NCBI GenBank assembly: GCA_964002605.1
Contig: CAXFGY010000001.1
Location: 1 to 43,101, forward strand
Source of the DNA: an uncultured Candidatus Marinamargulisbacteria bacterium
Lineage (GTDB): Bacteria; Margulisbacteria; Marinamargulisbacteria; GCA-2716485; CAXFGY01
Length of the DNA: 43,101 nt
Reading direction: 5' to 3'
Shown: positions 36,400 to 43,101 of the stretch, piece by piece
How the letters are laid out: every line of letters begins with the position of its first letter
Position numbering within the stretch: position 1 is the stretch's first letter
The notes under the pieces: generated by a model
Told to the model about the DNA's origin: nothing
What the model saw: the letters and a program-made list of their open reading frames with translations, nothing else
The model's database searches: none
Made by a program: the position numbers and the translations under genes

Positions 36400-36879
36400 A
36401 TGAGTAAAGCAAGAAAATCTAAAAAGTTTAAGTATCAGTTATATAATGTATTAAAAGTTAGAAAAATTAGAGAGCGTCAAGAGCAAGACCGATTTAATAC
36501 AGCAAAGAAAAAGGTAATCAAAGAAAAACAAAAAGAAGATGAACTTAAATTAGATCAAACACTACATTATGAGGAATTATTATCCATGATGGGAGATGAG
36601 TTGCCCGACATGAATGTGATTCAAATGAGAAAGCTACATCTTGAACGGTTAAAACAAAAAGTGGATGAACAAGTGGAAGTTCGTAAAACCGCAGAAAGTG
36701 AACGTGATTTACAGCGAGATGTTTTAACAGAAGCGGTTAAAAAGAAAAAAGTAATCGAAAAAGATGAGGAAAAAACAAAAAAAAGCTGGAAAAAACTAAT
36801 GGATAAAGAAAATGGGAAGTTTTTAGATGAAATCGCAGTCATTGGGTTTGATAAGAAAAAAAAAGAGGGGAGTCAATGA
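36400..36879 (+). CDS. fliJ: FliJ/SctO-like coiled-coil stalk protein
   Basis: 159 aa, highly charged, predicted all-helical coiled coil, in the canonical position after fliI. There is no diagnostic motif, so the call is by context. Confidence 0.5.
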   Translation: MSKARKSKKFKYQLYNVLKVRKIRERQEQDRFNTAKKKVIKEKQKEDELKLDQTLHYEELLSMMGDELPDMNVIQMRKLHLERLKQKVDEQVEVRKTAESERDLQRDVLTEAVKKKKVIEKDEEKTKKSWKKLMDKENGKFLDEIAVIGFDKKKKEGSQ

Positions 36880-36987
36880 TTTGTTAATGTTTTTTGAGTT
36901 GTAAATAGCGGTCTTTATTATTATAATAATAGTATTAATTTGTAGTATTTTTTTATAGTTAGTTTTTTTTTACAAGGAGTTTATTTT

Positions 36988-38175
36988 ATGAAAAAAATAT
37001 ATTTATTTATTTTTGTACTGTTAGTTAACACCATATCGCATGGTGCTGAAAAGTATCAATTAGAAAGTTTTGAAAACAATACTAAAGTGAATGCATCAAC
37101 TGGGTTAACAGTGGTTAATGACCAGTATTATTTGCAGACGGCTATAAATCCAAATCTACGATTTATGGGTGCTGAGTTAGGATTGGGTTTAAATTTACAT
37201 ATTCCATTAGAAGGCGGTTATGAAAAGCCAGACGATTTGGAGTTTGTGACGATACGATATATTGGCTATCGCTATAAAGATACGTTTGGTATTAAATGGG
37301 GTCGTTTATCTAATATCACGTTTGGATATGGATTATTAATGGATAATTACGATTCTGGTAATACAGGGTCTTTAGCGTTTAGTAATAAAAAAGCAGGTGT
37401 TTTAGGGTTTGTTGCAGTTAATAATTTACGTAGTGATGTGATGTTGACATATAGTAAAGTTCAGGCAGGACGATTATCATACCGGTTGCCCGTTGTTCCT
37501 TTAATTGGGACACCTATTGTTTTTGGTATTAATGCAATTCGTGACGAAGATGGCGTTGAGGGAGGTCTGCGGCAAGCTCAAATGGGTTATAGTGTTGATG
37601 CCGGAGTGCCAATCGCAGGTCCGTTATTAACACTTTACAGTGAAATAGCAGAGTTAAAATCTGTGGGTAAGGTAGATGTTCTGCCTTTGGATGACTCTGA
37701 TCACAAGCGTGGATTCGCTTTTGGGGGAAAAGGAAACATTTTTAATATGATTAGTTATTTAGCGGAATATCGTTATGTTCAGAAAGACTTTATTCCAGGT
37801 TATTTTAATAGTACGTATGAAAGCACAGAAACACCAGATCCTTTGGGTAAAGATCAACATGGATTTGTTGCCGGCATCTATACTCATTTAATGGATGATT
37901 ATGTAAAAGCAGGCGCTACTTATGAGTCTATTACTGAAACAACAATCGCATCAATTGGATGGAAAGAGATTTCGAAGACTGTGGGTGTTATTAATTACAC
38001 TATTCCCCCTCAAGGACGTGATGCGGCAATATTAGATGCAAGTGTATTGTATCTCACAGGCGGTATTTTTGATTATGTTATTCACTTTAAACGTCAATAT
38101 TATAAGGATCAGCCAGAAGAAGATTCTTATGCGTTTAGTGTAAGAGTAAACTTAGATTCTTTTTTACCATTTTAA
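36988..38175 (+). CDS. Outer-membrane beta-barrel protein (395 aa), unknown function
   Basis: Signal peptide MKKIYLFIFVLLVNTISHGA|EK, Gly/Tyr-rich alternating strands, and a C-terminal ...NLDSFLPF. Confidence 0.6.
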   Translation: MKKIYLFIFVLLVNTISHGAEKYQLESFENNTKVNASTGLTVVNDQYYLQTAINPNLRFMGAELGLGLNLHIPLEGGYEKPDDLEFVTIRYIGYRYKDTFGIKWGRLSNITFGYGLLMDNYDSGNTGSLAFSNKKAGVLGFVAVNNLRSDVMLTYSKVQAGRLSYRLPVVPLIGTPIVFGINAIRDEDGVEGGLRQAQMGYSVDAGVPIAGPLLTLYSEIAELKSVGKVDVLPLDDSDHKRGFAFGGKGNIFNMISYLAEYRYVQKDFIPGYFNSTYESTETPDPLGKDQHGFVAGIYTHLMDDYVKAGATYESITETTIASIGWKEISKTVGVINYTIPPQGRDAAILDASVLYLTGGIFDYVIHFKRQYYKDQPEEDSYAFSVRVNLDSFLPF

Positions 38176-38223
38176 GTTAAGTATATAGTTTTTTTATTGC
38201 ATTAACAGAACAGTAATGAATCA

Positions 38224-39684
38224 TTGGTAAGTATTAAACAAATTATATTTGGAATAATATATTTTTTTCCAGTTTTTCTTTTCTCTGAGCCGTTGGACTA
38301 TGAACCAGGCACATTATTGATTAAATTAAAGCAAACGTCTACAACAGAAGTTGCAAATTCTAGTTTAAAAAATAATGAGATTAAAAAAGCAATTTCCGCA
38401 TTAAATCGAAAATGGGAGGCAAAAGAGAAAGACTTAGTATTGAAAAATATTATTACGACAATTTATTCGCGCTTGGTCAACTTTAATTTACAAGATAATC
38501 AAGAGGTTGTTAAAGTTTTATCGTTTCCTAGAATGTTTGATTTAGACGAAATTAAACAGGATTATCAAGCTTCAGGTTTGGTCACTGAAGTAGAATATAA
38601 TTATTATGTTTATAAGCAACAACAATCTTTTCCAATTTCTTCTTTTCAATATCATCTGATGCATTACTCTTTAAAAAGCACTCCAGTTTTGCAAAGTGAT
38701 GTTCAAATTCCAGTTGCTATTATTGATACTGGGGTTGATATTACCCATCCTAACTTGAGAGATGCAATTTATATCAACAGTCAAGAAGTTCCATTTAATA
38801 ATATTGACGATGATAATAATGGGTATATTGATGATTACCGGGGAATTTCATTTTTAGGGTATTCAGCTCAAGAAGCCTATTCCGTTGACGTTACTGATAC
38901 CCATGGGCATGGAACACATATTGCAGGCATTATAGCGGCGCAATCAGTAAATAGTGATGGCGTTTGGGGTCTTAATCCACAGGCAAAAATTATGCCAGTG
39001 AAATTTATGGATAGTACGGGTAAAGGAACACAGTTAGATGCAGCAATGGCAATTCGATATGCAGTAGATATGGGAGCAAAAGTGATTAATTGTAGTTGGG
39101 GGTATTTTAAAAAAACATCCGTTTTAGAAGATGCAATTAATTATGCAGTTAAAAAAGGCGTTATTATTGTTAGTGCAATGGGCAATAGTAATACCTATAT
39201 TCCAGAGTATCCAAGCGCTTTTGAATCGGTTTTATCTGTAGGTGCTGTTTCTCCAGTACTGCAACGATCGGAATATTCTAATTATGGGAGTCATTTAGAT
39301 TTCGTTACTTTTGGGAACGATATTTATAGTACATTACCAGGAAAAAGCTATGGGGCATTATCGGGAACGTCTCAAGCTACTGCAATTGTTTCAGGGGTGG
39401 TATCTCGTTTACTATCCTTGTATCCAGCAATGACCTATTTAGGTGTATATGAAATGCTTAAAAACAATGCGTTAGATTTAGGAGCAGAAGAATATGATCA
39501 GTACAATGGATATGGCTTGGTGCAAGTCGATGGAATGCTATTAGAGCTAAATGAGACGGTACCAAGTTATAATATTAGTGTTATTTCAGAGACATCAACT
39601 AATACAACGCCCGTGCCATATTTAAAGTATATAGGTATTGTTTTGGGCGTAGTAACTGCTATTTTAGTTGGAATAGCACTATAA
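38224..39684 (+). CDS. Subtilisin-like serine protease (peptidase S8) with N-terminal propeptide and C-terminal TM anchor
   Basis: Catalytic triad motifs AIIDTGVD, HGHGTHIAGI and LSGTSQATAIVSG. C-terminal hydrophobic helix IGIVLGVVTAILVGIAL. TTG start. Confidence 0.9.
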   Translation: MVSIKQIIFGIIYFFPVFLFSEPLDYEPGTLLIKLKQTSTTEVANSSLKNNEIKKAISALNRKWEAKEKDLVLKNIITTIYSRLVNFNLQDNQEVVKVLSFPRMFDLDEIKQDYQASGLVTEVEYNYYVYKQQQSFPISSFQYHLMHYSLKSTPVLQSDVQIPVAIIDTGVDITHPNLRDAIYINSQEVPFNNIDDDNNGYIDDYRGISFLGYSAQEAYSVDVTDTHGHGTHIAGIIAAQSVNSDGVWGLNPQAKIMPVKFMDSTGKGTQLDAAMAIRYAVDMGAKVINCSWGYFKKTSVLEDAINYAVKKGVIIVSAMGNSNTYIPEYPSAFESVLSVGAVSPVLQRSEYSNYGSHLDFVTFGNDIYSTLPGKSYGALSGTSQATAIVSGVVSRLLSLYPAMTYLGVYEMLKNNALDLGAEEYDQYNGYGLVQVDGMLLELNETVPSYNISVISETSTNTTPVPYLKYIGIVLGVVTAILVGIAL

Positions 39685-39742
39685 TAGTCAGCGAAGATTT
39701 AATGTGAGGGATATTTTTTAATTACAACAGGGTATGTTTAAT

Positions 39743-39884
39743 AGGATTGTCGCAAAATAGACAAATTCAATCGATTTTGATGTCCCAAAAGGCATAAGAT
39801 TTGCAATTTATCGCATAAAGCAGAGGGACAGAGCGATATAACGAAGGTAAAAATTGTGAAGATTAGGCATTTCGCGACAGAGCC
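39743..39884 (-). mobile_element. Copy D of the ~141-nt TIR element (inverted), flanked by TTAAT/TTAAT, inserted in the 3' end of rdgB
   Basis: The reverse complement aligns end to end with copy C. The duplication is at 39738..39742 and 39885..39889. The element supplies the last six codons (ALSRNA) and the stop of rdgB. Confidence 0.88.
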
Positions 39885-40468
39885 TTAATGATAGCAGTTG
39901 CTTTTTTTAATGCTTTAGTACGGTGGCTAATTTTATTTTTAACTTTATACCCTAACTCTGCTAATGTTTGGCTATAATGGGTTGGTATGAAAATAGGGTC
40001 ATAACCAAATCCAGAATTACCTGAAAGTGTTTGTGTAATGTGACCAGAAATCTTACCGGATACGGTGATGATGGGTTGGTTTGGACGTTTTAACGCAATA
40101 ACACAAATAAGTTGTGCCTTACGACTCGCTTTATCTTTAAGCTCATTTAACAATAGTTGACATCGTTGCATATCGCTTAAGTTTTCACCACCATAACGTG
40201 CGGAGTGTATTCCTGGACGGTTATTCAATGACTCCACTTCAAGACCAGAGTCGTCGGATAGAATAATTGCATTTTGGGTTTGAGAGATCTGAGGAAGGGC
40301 CATGATTTTTTTCACTGCATTTGATTTAAAACTATCCCCATCTTCTACAATAGTTAAGGGTTGTTTTATTATGTCTTGATAAGAAAAAATTTGGTTTGAA
40401 TATGATGATAAAATGGTTTTAATTTCTTTAATTTTGTAAGTATTATTAGTAACGAGAATAATTTTCAT
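39863..40468 (-). CDS. rdgB: dITP/XTP pyrophosphatase (RdgB/HAM1 family)
   Basis: MKIILVTNN..K..E, DDSGLEV, SARY and FGYDPIF motifs. The C-terminal tail is encoded by repeat copy D. Confidence 0.9.
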   Translation of the reverse strand: MKIILVTNNTYKIKEIKTILSSYSNQIFSYQDIIKQPLTIVEDGDSFKSNAVKKIMALPQISQTQNAIILSDDSGLEVESLNNRPGIHSARYGGENLSDMQRCQLLLNELKDKASRKAQLICVIALKRPNQPIITVSGKISGHITQTLSGNSGFGYDPIFIPTHYSQTLAELGYKVKNKISHRTKALKKATAIIKALSRNA

Positions 40469-40484
40469 TTTTTCTAAATATAAT

Positions 40485-42650
40485 TTAGCCTCTACCTACA
40501 TAAATAACATCAGGGTGAGCTAATAAATTTTTCTTCAGATCAGTTACTTGGTTAGCATGATTAACTTGTAGTATTATTTTAGATTTCATTTTATTTTTAT
40601 CTTTTGTGATGATCGTTTTTAAATCTACCATATTTATATTTTTTTCAGAAATAATTCCTAAAATATCTTGTAATAAACCAACCCGATCAAATGCTTCAAT
40701 AGTTAATGCAATAGTATATTTACTTTTCGTAGTTCCTAAGTCCCACATTACAGACACCAGGCGATCTTTTTTTGTTTTTTCTAACTCTACACTAATGGCA
40801 CAAGTCTCGCGATGAATAGAAACCCCTTTATTAGGCACAATAACACCAATAATTTCATCTCCAGGCAGAGGTGAGCAACATTTTGCTAATGTTGTTTGAA
40901 TATTTTGCTCTCCTAGTACAATAATATTATTTTGAGTTGTGGGACTTTTTGGGGAAGGGGATTTTCCTTGAGTTAAATTTTGATATATGGATAATTTTAA
41001 TATATCTTTACTTATAAATGAAACTAATTTTTTAACAGAGCATTCACCCTGTGCAATCATTAGGATAAGCTCTTCTTTATCTTTAATCTTAAATTTGTCT
41101 AATACACGGCTATGGTTAAGATGTTCTTCTATTGTTGAATAGGAAATATCATGATCGGTACAAAGCTGTGATAGCTTTGCTTTTCCTTGTTCTAATAAGG
41201 TGCTTCTTTGTTGTAATTTAATCCATTGTTTAATTTTGTTTTTTGCATGTCTAGTTTTTACCCATTGTAACCAATCTAGTTTAGGAAATGATTTTTTAGA
41301 TGTTAAAATTTCAATTTGATCTCCACTTTTGAGCCTATAATTTATAGGAACAATATGACCATTGACCTTTGCACCATGATAAAGATTACCTACTTCTGAA
41401 TGAATACGATATGCAAAGTCAATAGGAATAGCGCCTTTGGCTAAAAACATGACATCTCCATTAGGTGTAAAGACAAAAATTTCATCTGTAAATAATTCTG
41501 ATTTTAAATTTTTCAAAAACTCCTTAGGTTTTATTGTTTGTGTATCTTCATCTAAAAATTGCCTTAACCAAGAAAAGTCTTTGTCTAATTTAGCTTTTTC
41601 TTCTCCATCTTTATAATGCCAATGTGCAGCAACCCCATATTCAGCAATTTGGTGCATTTTTGTCGTTCTTATTTGTATCTCAATGGCTTTTCCCTTTGGA
41701 CCAATGAGTGTCGTATGCAGAGATTGGTACATGTTAGATTTAGGTAATGCAATATAATCTTTAAATCTGCCATTGATAGGAACAAACTTAGCATGCATTG
41801 CACCGAGTAATGTATAGCAGTCTTGAATGCTATTCACAATAATACGAACCCCTAAAGTGTCATATAGTTCTTCAAAGTTAAGACCACTTTTTTTCATTTT
41901 ACGATAAATACTATAAAAATGTTTCGGGCGTCCCTCTATTGCCCCTTTTATTTTATACGTAACCATAATTTTTTTCATAACGTCAATAAACTCATTAATA
42001 CAGTCTTCTCTGTGTGATCGTTTCATATCAACTAATTTTTTAATCTTTTGAAAGTCTTTGTAATTTGTATAAAAAAAAGAGAGATCTTCAAGTTCCCATT
42101 TAAGATGCGCCATTCCTAGTCGATGTGCAAGTGGGGCATAGATTTCGAGTGTTTCTTTTGCGATACGATTTTGTTTTTTTTGCGCTAAATACTTTAATGT
42201 TTTCATATTATGTAAGCGATCTGCCAGTTTAATAATAATAACGCGGATATCATTAGCCATAGCTAATAACATTCGACGATAGTTTTCAGCTTGCAATTCT
42301 TCAGTAGAGTTAAACTGTAGTTTGCCTAATTTTGTTACTCCGGCAACTAATTGCTCAACTTGGCTTCCAAATAGTACTTTAATGTCATCTAAAGAAGTAT
42401 CAGTATCTTCAATTGTATCGTGTAAAATACCACCGATTACTGTATAACAGTCTTGTTCTAAGTTTGCTAAAATTAAACTGACCTCTAATGGATGACAGAT
42501 ATAAGGGTTACCAGACGCCCTAAATTGATTTTGATGGGAATGCTCTGCTATTTTAATTGCTGTTTGAACTTGAGTTACCTCGCTTTTTGTTAAATACGAG
42601 TTCACTTTTTGCAGTAATTTCTTTTTAAGACTTGTAATCTTTTCTGTCAT
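40485..42650 (-). CDS. rel: Bifunctional (p)ppGpp synthetase/hydrolase (RSH long form)
   Basis: HD hydrolase motif HPLEV...LHDTIEDT, synthetase block YQSLHTT and RTTKMHQIAEYGVAAHW, a TGS region, and a C-terminal ACT-like domain. Confidence 0.94.
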   Translation of the reverse strand: MTEKITSLKKKLLQKVNSYLTKSEVTQVQTAIKIAEHSHQNQFRASGNPYICHPLEVSLILANLEQDCYTVIGGILHDTIEDTDTSLDDIKVLFGSQVEQLVAGVTKLGKLQFNSTEELQAENYRRMLLAMANDIRVIIIKLADRLHNMKTLKYLAQKKQNRIAKETLEIYAPLAHRLGMAHLKWELEDLSFFYTNYKDFQKIKKLVDMKRSHREDCINEFIDVMKKIMVTYKIKGAIEGRPKHFYSIYRKMKKSGLNFEELYDTLGVRIIVNSIQDCYTLLGAMHAKFVPINGRFKDYIALPKSNMYQSLHTTLIGPKGKAIEIQIRTTKMHQIAEYGVAAHWHYKDGEEKAKLDKDFSWLRQFLDEDTQTIKPKEFLKNLKSELFTDEIFVFTPNGDVMFLAKGAIPIDFAYRIHSEVGNLYHGAKVNGHIVPINYRLKSGDQIEILTSKKSFPKLDWLQWVKTRHAKNKIKQWIKLQQRSTLLEQGKAKLSQLCTDHDISYSTIEEHLNHSRVLDKFKIKDKEELILMIAQGECSVKKLVSFISKDILKLSIYQNLTQGKSPSPKSPTTQNNIIVLGEQNIQTTLAKCCSPLPGDEIIGVIVPNKGVSIHRETCAISVELEKTKKDRLVSVMWDLGTTKSKYTIALTIEAFDRVGLLQDILGIISEKNINMVDLKTIITKDKNKMKSKIILQVNHANQVTDLKKNLLAHPDVIYVGRG

Positions 42651-42734
42651 ATCTATATGGTACCCAAATCATTATTTTTTTACACTATACAGTAGTGTTA
42701 ATAATAGGTAAATTTTTGTATACTGATGTAAGTT

Positions 42735-43101
42735 ATGAAAAATAATTTTCGTCGTAAATCAAATTTATCTAAAAAAAATGAAGTAAAATCAGGACCAAGA
42801 AGACCGTCTTTTAAAAATAAAAGTTTTCAGCGCATTTCCTATTATTTTTCAAAAAAAGATTTTAAATGTCAATCAGGACTAACAGAAAAGTTAAAAATTT
42901 CAGCAGGTTTAGTGGGCTGTCTGGAATATTTACAAGCGAAAATTAAAGGTAAAGTTAAAGTCGTCAAAGGATATGAATGTGTAGAGTCTGCAGAAAAAAA
43001 TAAGCGATTAAAGCGTAATTATCATAGCCAGGGCTTAGCAGTCAATATTGCAGTAGAGGGAATGACTTTAACAGCACTGTTTGAAGTCGTGGAACAAATT
43101 C
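42735..43101 (+). CDS. Peptidase M15A / DUF882 (YcbK-like) family protein, 5' partial (runs off the window)
   Basis: Open frame from the ATG at 42735 to the window end. FSKKDFKCQSG...LEYLQAKIKGKVKVVKGYE...YHSQGLAVNI resembles the F..EF.C / SGYR / H..G.A.D layout of the family. Confidence 0.55.
   Translation, partial: MKNNFRRKSNLSKKNEVKSGPRRPSFKNKSFQRISYYFSKKDFKCQSGLTEKLKISAGLVGCLEYLQAKIKGKVKVVKGYECVESAEKNKRLKRNYHSQGLAVNIAVEGMTLTALFEVVEQI

Overview
This is an AT-rich bacterial chromosomal window from a diderm organism: several outer-membrane beta-barrel ORFs end in Phe, there is a lipobox lipoprotein, and there is an AMIN-domain amidase. I cannot assign a lineage from sequence alone. Most of the window is housekeeping. 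It holds a partial dcw block (murD-ftsW-murG) with ppiB, tRNA-Tyr and tRNA-Ala. It holds a six-gene TroA/Mn-Zn-type metal ABC operon with its own DtxR-family repressor and an embedded porin-like gene. It also holds queA translationally coupled to a 1764-aa secreted or outer-membrane giant, an AMIN/Amidase_3 amidase, an origin-type neighbourhood (dnaA, ruvA, mnmG-rsmG, dnaN-recF-DUF721), a stand-alone fliH-fliI-fliJ-like export-ATPase module, an S8 protease, rdgB and rel/spoT. The most unusual signal is a roughly 141-nt repeat family that the ORF track does not explain. I count six copies (A, B, B', C, D, E) plus smaller fragments. Each copy has about 15-bp imperfect terminal inverted repeats. 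Three copies have perfect 5-bp AT-rich flanking duplications (TATAT, TTATT, TTAAT). For one copy an empty site can be reconstructed, showing that the insertion rewrote the last codons of rdgB. This fits a non-autonomous mobile element (MITE-like) whose stem substitutions tolerate G-U pairing on one strand only, so it may also act as RNA. Three or more copies cluster just upstream of an orphan 527-aa ORF that sits next to the isolated fliHIJ-like module. Other points of interest are two separate DnaA-box clusters with dnaA uncoupled from dnaN, winged-helix-like C-terminal tails on both ABC permeases, an unannotated bS22-like 27-aa ORF, and 66-nt acidic tandem repeats in the FliH-like gene. Every call rests on reading the sequence and the supplied translations. 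No database search was run, and start codons are approximate where noted.
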